Of a DNA stretch of 64,000 bases, positions 51,101 through 64,000 are shown one piece after another. Location of the stretch: NCBI GenBank assembly GCA_002633005.1, contig NMRA01000213.1, positions 165,892 to 229,891 of the forward strand. Reading direction: 5' to 3'. The stretch's first letter is position 1; each line of letters begins with the position of its first letter. The notes under the pieces are model-generated. The model did not search any database. It was given only the letters and a program-made list of their open reading frames with translations, and was not told the origin of the DNA. This DNA is from Phoronis australis. Its lineage: Eukaryota > Animalia > Phoronida. Made by a program: the position numbers and the translations under genes.

Positions 51101-54100
51101 AGTATGTCTGACACATAACAACACTCAACAAAAATGAACACTAAAAAACTATAAAGCAACACAAGATAAAATTTTCGTTTTGTAACATTGCAGGATTTCA
51201 ATCTTTGAAAATTTGAAAAATGGCCTCTTTTGGTAATTACCTTCGTACTAAATAACTGATGAATTGTCGAAACAGTCTCCCATCTTAAACAATCGTTATT
51301 TAGAGTTCATGATTGGCTCAACACAGCATATGTACAATGTGTTGACTCATAGACCGAAACAGCTTGCATATCAGGACGACCAATAAGATCAAAATGGATA
51401 GATATTAGCTGATACGCAGCAAACAAAAATCTTCAACAAGTTACGATTCAAACCATAATCGTCACATGTCCCAGGACCGCATGCAAAAAGGAGCCGCGTT
51501 CAGTTTGAAATTTCTGAAAATTGTTTTTTCACTTGCACCGAGACGTCAAGGATTAGCTGTTCAGTCAGACGCGCTAAGTATCCTGTCTGTCTTCCACTCG
51601 AAGTGCTGTGTTCAGGATTTCATCATAAATCTGTCGAAAATGACAACTGGTGGAGAGCTTCTCATTCACTAGTTCTTGAGCAGCGTAAACACAGACAAAT
51701 CGAACAACCCTGTCACGGCCGACAGATTGTTACAAAAATCCGAGAACTTGAGTATTTGTTCAGCTGTACGGTTGGAGCAGAATCGCGAACTTGTTCATAA
51801 ATATCCCGCCAATGTATTTATACATAAAGGAAACTAAGTTCACCTTACTGTTATTATCTGTTTCCTAATGCAATATATATAGATGTATGTTTACACGACG
51901 ATCTGACAGCGTCGCTCACCGAGGGTATACATTCGAGCGTGTATATTTTTGTAGGAAATTAATCGAATGACAGTTTTCACAGGTGACGAAAAGCCTTATC
52001 AATTCAGAATGAAATATGGCTGTGAACTTAAAACAACTGCACGAATCCTCATCATCACAGCAAGCGCTACGAAAAACGCGTGTATACAAACAAGATATTG
52101 AGAAGATTAGAATGCGTTTTAAAAGCACCTTGAAGATGTGGAATTCAGTGCCCTCAAACCAGAACAGTACGGTTCGGAATGTCCTTTCTTCAAACTTGGA
52201 GAGAGCTCAGTGGCGGATTTAAGGGGGACCAGAGGGGGGCATGCCACCCTAAAATTTCCCCATATTCCATTTGGCAGTTCGGGGGTGCGAATGTCTGACG
52301 AGCAAAGTCCTGGCTAATACTCTGCCCTGGACCCCCCACTCAAAATCCTGGATCCACCCCAGGAAAATATCTTAATAAAATCGGGTGCAGAAACGTTAAT
52401 CACTGGCCAATTACACCTGTTGTAGCCAATACTGTACACAGCACGCAGTTCTCAGATTTTAACAGCTTTGAAAGTATTTTAATAAAAAATCTCTGCAATA
52501 ATGTCATACTTTTAGACACGAATTTGCTAACCGACACCTTTCTTTTTTTCTTTGACCATGAATTCCCACGAATAGAGCGGCCAACCTATGCAACGTGTTT
52601 AGATTCCTCCGCTTGTCGAGAAGCCAGAGACGAGAGTCAGGACAGCGGACCTACCGGACGCAATGTTTGTGCGATTGGATTTCTGATCCGTCAGAATTTA
52701 GAATAACACGGTCCATGATAATTAATCGCAAAAAATCCCAGAAAGGTCGAGCCAATTAAAGGTCGTCGATTTGACGGGAACGTAAACTGGATTCATGTTG
52801 GTGGGTTTTGTATTTACATACTGGCGGCGGTTTAACAGGATTAGGGATTTTCTGTCATGTCCAGTCAATGTGTGTTCGAGTATTTGAGACGTATTCTCGT
52901 GACGGAGCCCTCTCAGCCCGACACGCTTACGAATGTCAAGATTCGAAATACAGAAAATACTGTGTAGAGAGAAAAATCCGTTTTAGATATCGGAACAACA
53001 ATGAGTCGGGAGTGAAAGTAATAAAAATAAAACAGTCAGTTTTTTATAAAACTTTAAGATACTATTTGTCACATTTCTCTTTTGATGACACAAATATTTG
53101 TTTGTAAACTGCGACGAATTGGCCACAAAATCGAAGTGGTGTACCACTCAGCAGTTAGTGTATCTTGTTTATGGATATAATTGGCCAGTTTACTAACATT
53201 AGCTCATGAAGTTGTTCACTTAAAACTGCTGAGATTAATATCACGAGCGACTGAGAGTGTATCCAGGTTGTCAAGGTTTCACACACAAGAAGTTTTGGAT
53301 ATTTTGAATTGCTGAACTTTTTATACGTTTTTGAACAACGTATCCACAACAAGGGGAGAAGAAATAAAAATGCACCTACTATAAAATATCATCCACTACA
53401 TAAGGCCTTTGTAATCCAAGATTACAACACATATTAGATTTGACTGCTGGAAACAAATAACGATTAATAATCATATCGACCTTTTATGCGTGACGCGCTA
53501 CCCATTTTGCAAGAACGTGCTTACAAACCCTCGTGCTGAGAGATTTATCCGTGTCTGATAACCCGATCTTCTTCACCATATGGTGATGTTTTACCAGACC
53601 GTGTCGGATTACACGGTGCGCAGAGTGGTTATTTTCATTGTCGTATCGCAAAAACTGGCCTTGTCTCATCGCGAGATGACACGCTGTCCATTTTGTGCAG
53701 ACACGATGGATTTCGAAGATCGCACGTGCATTTGTCATGTTGGCACTGTAATTGGCATATTTGAGCTGCTAAGACTCAGGATTCGAAAAGGAAACTATGA
53801 CCTCAACCAATTTCCATGAATATCAGTTAGGTTGTATACTGTAGTTTGAAAAATAGTGAATGACTTTCTTTCGAAAAAAATCGTGCCCTACAAATTCAGC
53901 TTCCAAAAATTAGAAAGTCAGACGAAGACATACATGAACGCTTGTTCGTTTATGACATCCTCCAATTAAAGACCAAAGTCGCAAGACCCATTTGTTTCTC
54001 AGTTGTCGTCTAAATTATTAACAAACAGTTATAAATTATGAGCACCGTGCTCATCCTCGCATTGTGTATGTTGTTCAGCACGCAGCAGGCTCCCAGTGTA

Positions 54101-55000
54101 GACTGGTGCCGATGACGTAATCGTTTGCTACACGGGCGACACGTGCTGAGCTACTGAGCACGTGCATTTGTATCTGTGTCTATGCATAAATATTTGAAGT
54201 GTCAATCAATTGCATTTTATTTGAATTGTCAATACAAAGGCCAATGATTATAAGCGCCCATCGTTTACGAGAGCGGTACGATCGGAGACAATGAAGTTTG
54301 AATAAAGTACGCAAAGTTGGAAAAACTGCACAAATTTCATGACAGACAACACTCAACAGCAGCTCGGAAGTTTATCGTCAATGGTATCTTCTTCTATTTT
54401 CTTGCGTGATTGAGTTTTCTTTTGTTTTTATTTTCGCAAAAATCTGCGAGGCCAATGACTCTCGAATATTTCTTGTTGGACTACGTGATCTTCAGCCGGC
54501 AACATTACTCGCGAGCTCACATTGCCCAGCAAAAATTACGTACATCAAGTGCAGCTATGATGTCCAGAAGCACTGACTGGCAATAGTTAACCCTCCCCCC
54601 AGAAAACTGCATAAGTTACGAGGTTTACGTTCATAATTACTAAGTTATCGTTTTTTTTTCAAAACGGACATGACCATTTAGGAAAACGAGATTTGTACAC
54701 TTAGGCCGAGATCATGCGAAAAAAATTAAGATTCAGCAAGGATTTCAATCGGTTAATTATAATTAGACAAACATTGAAAACATGATTAGCTTAAAAATAA
54801 GTTTATGTTTGAAAGAAAACTAAGCGGGAATACCAAGCTACTTCAGTAAAACGAAAGTTATCATAAACATCAGAATTTTCTCATTGTTTGAAGAGAACGT
54901 CTGCGCGGTTCACGAAGGATCAATACTGGCGAACGTGTTGTGTTCTCAGTACCAGGAACCTTACCGCATCATCGAAAAACGTTATGTTAAAAAGGCTTAC
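48119..55000 (-). other. Isl: Last intron of Islet (~6.9 kb)
   Basis: GT..AG boundaries are defined by the two exons above. Confidence 0.75.
52208..52362. mobile_element. Short MITE with CAGTGGCGGAT...ATCCACCCCAG termini
   Basis: Degenerate inverted termini with G-rich left and C-rich right subterminal tracts. No TSD. Confidence 0.45.
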
Positions 55001-55183
55001 CAGTTGCTGAAAAGGCGCTTGGTCGTGATCGTTTTGCAAAGCGAAGTCGCTGAGAGCCTTCCAGGGTGGCTGGTAGCTTTGGACCTCGACCATACTTCCC
55101 TGCATGGGACTCTCGTGGCGGACAGGCTCCGTGGCTACCATCGGCACGCCTTGAGGTAAAGGCCCGGATAGTCTGTTGCCATT
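55001..55183 (-). CDS. Isl: Islet (ISL1/2-type LIM homeobox) exon encoding the Lhx3-binding domain, [61 protein letters not shown]
   Basis: 183 nt, phase 0-0, acceptor tttttcgctttag| and donor |gtaagc. [19 protein letters not shown]...FQQL is diagnostic of Islet. The boundaries match vertebrate ISL1 exon 5 as recalled. Confidence 0.95.
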
Positions 55184-58100
55184 CTAAAGCGAAAAATATT
55201 CACTGACTAACATTTTTTCAGTCGAACATGTTTCATATCCCGAAAATATTACAAGCAGCAAATCAGAAAATCTTTAAAAAAGCGAGTGAACATCAGGCCA
55301 GACAACAGAGAGTTTGGTCACGAGGTCCACAAATCTATTAAGTTTAGTTTTTATTTACAAGAAAGGCTGCAGCGTAAATACTCTGGTAAACATTTCAAGA
55401 CATTTTGAAGTTAATTTGTTTTCAGCTGTGCAATTTGACTCCAATAACAAATGCGTCTAGGGCCCTTTCCTTTAAGTGCAACAATGGACGAAAAATGATT
55501 CTGATATCAGTTTCGAGACGAAGTCACGACCACAAAGGTCGCATTGCGAAAAGTGTTGCAGCGTTTTTGAGGTTTCATTGATATCCAGCGAGATTTGGCC
55601 ATGTTACAGATACCGTTTTTTTATCACGAATGTACCTCTGTTTTCGGTAAATTTTCTAAAAGACGGGGTCACACGAGAGCCAATTAATGACAGGTTGGTA
55701 ACAAGTCAAAATCACTTCTACAGGCTTTCTACTTTCATAAAAAATAAACCTTTACAGAATAAGCTACATTGTTAACGGCAAGATCTTACACAACCGTAAG
55801 TGTGGTGAAATCACCAACACCAATTTCAATGACTTGCAGCCAGTAGCGAGAATTTGCGATCTGCAATAAAATCGCAGAAACACCGCTGATTTTGATGTTT
55901 TATAAATCTGGAAAAATCTTTTAATTTCAAGAAGTCTATGACATCCGACAATAACCCCAGGCTCAGATAGACTAAAATCTGAGCCCCAGGCGTGCATTTT
56001 CGGCCCTAAAACTGAGTGCCTCTTAATCTACCTGAAGCAAAATGAAAACGTGGTATGAGACGAAACCTTGTTTCGATTAATTTATAAAATCGACCGTGAA
56101 TATGCAGTAAAGCAGATGAGAAGCAAAGTGTAGTCATCTAAAATCTTACATTCACTTTGCTTAAATCAAAATTAAGAGGAGTCTATATCATTGATGATGA
56201 GTATTCATAATAAGTGATGTGACAGTGCTTAACACAGACATACATGCACGCGCTGAAGTTTATTCGGATTTAGGAACTACTTCGTCTTGCTCAAGAACCA
56301 CCTCTTTTCTAGCAAGCCAAAATACTCGATCGATTCTCAACTCTCTCTCTGTCTCTTTCTCTCTCTCTCTCCAACACATGTTTATTTCAAATTCGTCTGG
56401 CTTCACAGAAATAGAAACCTGTTCAAGAACACACACGTTCTATATCCAAGTGTGAGGATTTTGACTTTGACGTCGTGATTTTGCCAATTTCTATGTCGTC
56501 AGTGAATTATTTAGGGACTAAAAGGTGTCTTAAATATTTATAAAAATGTCAACATGACACGAATTCTTGCTAAATCATTTATATAGATAAATTTTTACAC
56601 TGATTTAGAGTGACAGATAAAAAGTAGAAAAGTGATTAAACTTTAACACGCGCATTAGTACCCAGTATCTCGCTGCCTAACCTCACTCAAATGTCAAAAC
56701 TGATAAATAATGAAGTCGCTATTGCTGTTACCGTGAAACATTTAGTCGCTAGATACTTCAACAGTCATTAGCATCGTTGATGTATTTTATCACGTTGTAT
56801 TTTCCTTTGCATTTCGCAAATGCAAAACGCCAAGTATTTCATTCCTTCACACGCAGTTCGACATTTTTGCGGGTGAAACGGAAGGTTCACAAATCATCAC
56901 ACAAGCTATCAAAATGCACCTGCCTAAAGTTTTGTATAGATTCACTCTCACCTAAAACGCCAGCCAGTAGGCAATAGGAATGAAGCGATAGGCTAAGTTC
57001 GTGAGCGGGAGACAAGGTAGGCAGTTTTATTTACGTAGTTCTCTCCCCTGCCAATAAACATCCTGGAGATATGTTTGAGAATTCCTGTGCCTCCTACGAG
57101 GCTATCAAACTAAAGCCTAAAACAAGACTTCCATGATTAACATTGTTCATAGTCTGCACATCAAGGACACAGTTGGGGGTCAGAAACACGCTAGCCTTGA
57201 CGTTTTTTGTGGCAAATTTTTTCAATATCGGACCAGCCTATGTTGTCGAAGGTAAGTTTTGCTCGAAGTCCTGGAAACGGAGATTAGAGAGACCAGTTGT
57301 TCAAAATAAACATTTCATAAGTTATGATATCTCTATGAGCATATTCATGTAGCAAGAAATAGTGCGGCTGTGTCACACGATAGCACAACTAAGTGCACAC
57401 CTGAAAGAAGTGCGAAGACTTCAACTCCAATGACGTCACTAGCTAAGCTTATCGATAAACATTTTGTCTGTTTTTTGTGAAAGCCAATACACTGAGTGCT
57501 ACAAATACATTGCAGAACGTATGCGCCAGTGTATTGTGCTAGACATGGGATATTTTTACCAAAATGTGAAACAGTGTGACGCGTACTTTTTACCATTATC
57601 ACTTTCGATACTTTGTTTATAGGGCACCTGGAAGGTCGCGTATAAACATAGTACGAGTAGTTTAACCGAGACCAAACGAATACACACTGCTTATTAGCTT
57701 ACGTAATAGACTAATTGGTCTTATTGTCATTTCTAATCATGTGTTATTAGAGAGGATAAATAGCACATATTANCACGTTGTATTTTCCTTTGCATTTCGC
57801 AAATGCAAAACGCCAAGTATTTCATTCCTTCACACGCAGTTCGACATTTTTGCGGGTGAAACGGAAGGTTCACAAATCATCACACAAGCTATCAAAATGC
57901 ACCTGCCTAAAGTTTTGTATAGATTCACTCTCACCTAAAACGCCAGCCAGTAGGCAATAGGAATGAACCGATAGGCTAAGTTCGTGAGCGGGAGACAAGG
58001 TAGGCAGTTTTATTTACGTAGTTCTCTCCCCTGCCAATAAACATCCTGGAGATATGTTTGAGAATTCCTGTGCCTCCTACGAGGCTATCAAACTAAAGCC

Positions 58101-61100
58101 TAAAACAAGACTTCCATGATTAACATTGTTCATAGTCTGCACATCAAGGACACAGTTGGGGGTCAGAAACACGCTAGCCTTGACGTTTTTTGTGGCAAAT
58201 TTTTTCAATATCGGACCAGCCTATGTTGTCGAAGGTAAGTTTTGCTCGAAGTCCTGGAAACGGAGATTAGAGAGACTAGTTGTTCAAAATAAACATTTCA
58301 TAAGTTATGATATCTCTATGAGCATATTCATGTAGCAAGAAATAGTGCGGCTGTGTCACACGATAGCACAACTAAGTGCACACCTGAAAGAAGTGCGAAG
58401 ACTTCAACTCCAATGACGTCACTAACTAAGCTTATCGATAAACATTTTGTCTGTTTTTTGTGAAAGCCAATACACTGAGTGCTACAAATACATTGCAGAA
58501 CGTATGCGCCAGTGTATTGTGTTAGACATGGGATATTTTTTCCAAAATGTGAAACAGTGTGACGCGTACTTTTTACCATTATCACTTCCGATACTGTGTT
58601 TATAGGGCACCTGGAAGGTCGCGTATAAACATAGTACGCGTACTTTAACCAAGACCAAACGAATACACATTGCTTATTAGCTTACGTAATAGACTAATTG
58701 GTCTTATTGTCATTTCTAATCATGTGTTATTAGAGAGGATAAATAGCACATATTAGTTCATCACTTTCAATAGCACTTACAAACAGCATTGACTTTATAC
58801 CATGCGAGGAATAGAACAGCTCATATTGGTATGAGATGGGTATAACAAACGTGTACGTGTTCGTTTTTTTTTCAAAACTTGCATCTCGCTCTAAGGCCAG
58901 CTAATCCCGATGTCGAAACATCTGCAGTTGAGAAAAAACAACAACAAAAACTACACAAGAGATGTCTTCGCCTCAGAGTACTGTTTAACTAACATGAATG
59001 TTACTCATTAACTGCTTGCGGAAAATAGACAAAAATTTTGTCACTCCGTCCTTCATTAATAATGCCAATAAAACAAACAGAGTTGAAAAAGTACGTATTT
59101 GATATTTTCAAACACACTCACCCACGTGCTCGTTACTCCACTAAAGACTAAGAGAATAGGGGTACCTTCATGAATGAACTTAAAAAATGGCTACACAGTC
59201 TTTATCTCGTAATAGCAAAAATTCAGTAGACGTGGCTCTAATCTCTGACAACACCAGTAAAGATCAAAAAGGTTTTAACTAACTCTTAATAATGAAAACT
59301 TATAGCTGACTCTCGCCCAGTTTAGCTCGACATTTTTACTCTCATATAATCGGTCTCATAATATTCCTTACCATGACATAATTTCCGCTACCAACAGGCA
59401 CAGCTTATACGCGTCATTTTCAAATTTGCTGTTTTAAGGTTGGCAACCTCAATAAACTCTGCAGCGTTTTTTTGAGTAGCTCATGGTTTCGATGTTCTGT
59501 CGATATTTATTTTTAGTCAGCTAAACACGACAAAATGAAACTTCAGAGGTAAATTTGTTGGTTCAGCAAATCCATTCTTTGGACTGGAAATCATGTAGTT
59601 CTAAAAATAGTGAGGACATATGCGTAGAACCTGGGGAAGAACCGATGTTGTAAATACTGTTGCAGAGTACAGGTACAAAGAACCTGCATTTGAGTTTGTA
59701 TAATTGCGAAAGAACATAAAAATTACTTTAGTTTTGACGGAAAATGGATTTGTCTCTTTATTGTAACAAAATGGGGAAACGACACCTCCCCTAGACAACA
59801 CGCGTCATGCTTTGCCCATGAAAATGTAAGCATACCTAGCGGTGTCTTGTGGCTCATTTATGCATAGGAACGGGTAAACGCGTACGATCAACGTGCTATA
59901 CATTCTTTGCATGTAATATACAGCGGAAATTTTCATTTTTTAACTTTGTTTATTTGTTTATCATTGAGCGTTGATAATCCCTCGATACAGTCGTCAATCA
60001 TTTGATAAGTGACAACAAACAAGGTGATATAGACAATGGACAATTTTGTGAGGATTAGCAAACTGCGATAATAGAATTTCAACCTCGCTGTCGCCAAGAT
60101 CGCACTAATGGAACTCTTTATGAGCAAATATACGAAGGGGGAAAACTGAGAATAATTTTAAATATCATTTCATTAGGCGAGATACGAGAAAATGACTTGA
60201 TCTGAGAGAGAGATTAATTTGTCCTGATGAAGATATAATTTCCCAGGGGCACCTCGCAGCGACTTATTGAATATTAATATCGAGATAAAAATCTCGGAGC
60301 TCGCGCGCGAGCGCTGCGCTACTCGCCTCCGATTTATGTTCTAGACGTTGTTGAGAAATCACGTGATCCAGAAAATTTACCTGAGATTTTTGCTTTAGAG
60401 GGAAACTTTAGTAAAGAAAAGCTCCATGACGAGCTCCGAAACAACCAAACAGTTTGCTCTTATTTTCTGAACAATAAAGTTTTGTGAACTGTGATAACGT
60501 TTTTTTTTTTGAAAAAGATTAAGAAAAAATAGCATTTTGCAAAACCAATGACATTTATTTTTCATTTATGACTCAAGAATAATTTCTTTGTCTTTTCTCA
60601 AGTTTCGAGTTGTGTCTAACAGACAGTATATTGAAATTTTAAGCATTTCGAGGAGGTGCATGGACATTTGTCAAGCCCTCTCAACCTCCGTTAAAAATAC
60701 TGACCACAAACTCGGAAGCTCGCCTTGACGTCACGACGAAGGAAATATTACAAAGACATTTTTGTAATTAATCCCATATTTAGTAATATGGCGAAAGCTC
60801 AACACAGTCGGGAGTGAATTTATTATTTCCAAGAAATATGCAATTAACTAATGGGACGGCTAGCCGGATTATTCCAATAGAGTTGCGTAAACAGTCTATT
60901 CCTGATATCATGACCAACAAATTGGACTATTTTATTGAGTACCCGCGTGCACTCTCTTTCTAAAAACGACTAATACAATGTTGATTACAATCCATTTTTC
61001 ATTATGAAAATCAAGCATCTCAGCAAGTATGTACTACCAGGTTTTGTTATTGTTACGTTACATTTATTAACATTTGTGAGAATCTTGTACACAGACGTAC

Positions 61101-64000
61101 AACCGGCTTTGGACTGCCGACCGTACTATTCTCAAGTATTCAACTTTACGCAATCCGTTGACAGGCGGCGAGATTACGCCCAGTGGTATCTGATCCGTCA
61201 CTTTTGCGCCCTAGGCTTCAACCTTCAAACCGACCAGCAAATTTACAATAGGACCTGGCTTATAATGTCTGTTGCAACCTTTGATGTCGTCTCTTGGCGC
61301 TTCGGTGACACGCGTCGCTTGATTATCGAATAACGGTCCAGGCGAGCGTCCATTGTTTTTAGTAAAATTACTTGATGGAATCGCCGCGCGCATCAATTGT
61401 GTCGCGGTACAATGGGACGCACGGTCGCTGGGTGCATGAGTTTGAACGTACGGAGCTGAAGTGTCAATTATTTCCCCAGCATATCAAATATCGAATATTT
61501 GCCACGTGGCTGCGGCCAGCAAGAAAGAGTCAATGTTTCTTGTTGTCATGGATTGTGCGGAACAGGAAAGGTTTCCGGACTTCAAACAATGGAGAGCTTG
61601 GCAGATGTCAATGGCTGATTGTTGTCATAGATGATGACGTATTACCCTTTCAGCGGAAGGTCACGATCAGCGATAACAACACATTGTTCAGATAAGTTCG
61701 TATCATGACTGATGTTGTATCTTTCCATCGGATTGGACGACTTTATTTTGAGTGAACTCGGAAGTATTTTTTTGAAATGGATCTGATAAATAACGATATA
61801 AAGTATGAAATTACCATATTTGCATACACAGGAAATCTCCAAGAAAACGTGTATACATTCACCTCGTGTGAAAAGCGAACTAATCATGGCTATATGTTGA
61901 TATTCTAGATGATGAGCGGAAACCACTAATATTTTATGTAGCATTCACTTGAAGAAACTGATGCGACATTTAGCGTGGTTTGCTTCAAACCACTTGTGAG
62001 TTGAAATTCGCGCACAGTGCTAATCATACTGATCTATTTTGAGAAATAACTACAGGGAACAAAGTAAATCGCTGTCAATGAAATCTGGTAAAGTTATGTT
62101 TATCTAAGCTTGATTGGCAGTAAACTGTCTCAACTTTGCAATTATAATTCAGACAATGGAAGCAACAATTCTCCATGACCCAGCAGACAACAGAATATTG
62201 CAAATCAAACACAATTTCCGTACGAATATTAGCAAGCCCGTCCTATTTCCTTTGACATAGTCAACTGTCTTTTTCCTCGACTCTTGAACCTAACGACATA
62301 ATTATCTAAAATTGAACTAAATGTCAGAAACACAAAGACGTTTTCTTTGCTTACTTCCCCAGCCTGTTGTTTGTGATCATTCGCATAGAATCTAATTAAA
62401 GTCTAATATCGTCCAGGTAATTGTTTATGATTAAAACTAAATTAACCAGGTAAGAACGAAATTATCGGAGTGCAGCTAATGACTACGTTTGGACCGCAGC
62501 ACTTCGACAGGAAAATGCGTTGACGTTTTCATTGATTTAGATTCCACTAATTCTAGAAGCCATCCAAGTTTCATTTTGCACAACCTTCTAACTTAAAATT
62601 ATCTTTTTAACTAAAAACTTAACAATATTGCTCGAAGGGGAACTGCGATGATCTCACGACTTGTAGCTTTTCGGGAACTTATCTGTACACGTTCATGCAA
62701 CGGATATTTTACTTTATCTACGACCCATGAACACTTAAGTTTTCATCAAATCTCAAACATCATTTACCTGAGCCTTAGCGACGCCTAGAATATAATGCAA
62801 GTCGTTTTGTGAGTGTTGGGAATTTAACACTGCTTGGCACGCAAGCATGTTGCAACGCTCACCAACACATATTTAATATCATCGGTCCATGTTTTTCGCG
62901 ACACCGCGACCCATACGACGACAATCCTCGGCATAACAAGAGACAGAGGCTCGCCAATATCTAAGTGTTTTACCTACTGGTGAGCGTCAAAATTCCTGAA
63001 TGAAACCAAATCTGACCGAAATAGTCGGCTGTTTAGAAAGTACGACGACAGCTCGCGGTGAATATTTAAAAATCGTGAAACGTAACCCAAGGCAGGCGGC
63101 TAGCTTGAGCTTGTTTTTGATAGTTCCATAAATAAACGTTCTAGCGAAGACAGATACTCGGAATTCGATAATTAGGCTTTGTTTTGGTTTCTATGGATGG
63201 GCATACACTTATTTTGAATATATCGGGATTATGAACCGGGGTTAAATCCGATTCCCCCAAGAATCACGGCGACTGGATTAATGCGTTTGCTGGATATGTT
63301 CCAAATTAAAATCAATCAGCAAGAGAAGTTGCTGGAAACCAATGCATTAAACCATTCGTGAAAGTTACCCGGTGATACTTTCAAATCGTAACAAAACTCG
63401 CAGGCAAACTAATGCGTCGGCCAAGATGGCTACTGCACGTGCAAATGAAGGAAAAGTTGACGTTGACACTCGAGTTCCCTTGAGATTTTGTTAAAGCACA
63501 AAATTAATAGAACAATCGGTTAACGTAGTCTATCGAACGTTATCAGGATTGGGGTTTGAAAAAATTAATTGATTTGAATGTGTCCAGTTGAAGGACATCC
63601 GTGCACGTTTGTATAAGAAAGAGATTTAAACCCTGTTCTCAGCTATTGCACGTAGGCGCAGCCAACTACCTTTTGGCATTTGAACGTAGCGCCTACGTAC
63701 CGTAAGTTACGTTCAGTGCTCAATGTGATACAGTGGGCTATGGGCGCCTACTTACCTCTAATTTTACCACTACAGCAATGACTAAAAGACACGGCGCAAC
63801 GTAAAACACAAAACAGATCACGTGAAGTTTATAATGTGACTATTACCTAGGGTCCTCCCATTTCACAACTTTTGTCACGGTCACTAAACCTTGAGTAATG
63901 AATTAAGACAAGTTAGTTGTTCTTGTTTTTATGGCCATACTGTGGTCAGATTGAACTAGCTCAGAGGTGTTGCTAATATTTGACCCGCCTAAGCAGCGTT
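55184..64000 (-). other. Isl: Islet intron upstream of the Lhx3-binding-domain exon; the homeobox exon lies outside the window
   Basis: I found no WFQN/homeobox-coding segment on - between 55184 and the window end. Confidence 0.6.
56791..58755. repeat. 982-bp direct duplication (56791-57772 / 57774-58755) joined by a single N
   Basis: The copies differ by about a dozen substitutions, with N at 57773. Confidence 0.95.

Noticed and set aside
56777-58670. Duplicated short ORFs as paralogous genes
   Set aside because: They arise from the 982-bp N-joined duplication in an intron and have no coding hallmarks.

Overview
Eukaryotic (animal) genomic DNA, AT-rich and almost entirely non-coding; nearly all ORFs in the track are spurious. 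It probably comes from a heterozygous invertebrate bilaterian draft assembly (lineage inferred, not provable here). The window holds the converging 3' ends of two genes. On + are the last two coding exons of SCAPER (17591-17651, 19704-19795, ending ...ARFPESKWSVAKEYFSQK*), probably followed by an ~11-kb intron inside the 3' UTR and a non-coding last exon ending near 31.65 kb. On - are the last two exons of the LIM-homeobox gene Islet (55001-55183 with [19 protein letters not shown], and 47975-48118). This is the ancient Islet-Scaper microsyntenic pair, a genomic regulatory block in which Islet enhancers lie in Scaper introns. An intact tRNA-Trp(CCA) sits between the genes. The Scaper half is CpG-depleted and the Islet half is CpG-rich, with a switch near 32 kb. 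CpG-retaining, TALE/TCF/Sox-motif-rich patches and several CTCF-like motifs in the Scaper introns are candidate regulatory elements. Many non-autonomous DNA transposons are resolvable to TIR or TSD level (hAT, PIF/Harbinger, Tc1-like). One Harbinger-type MITE appears to be target-site specific and is seen as both empty and filled alleles. Two single-N joins look like haplotype-duplication artefacts.
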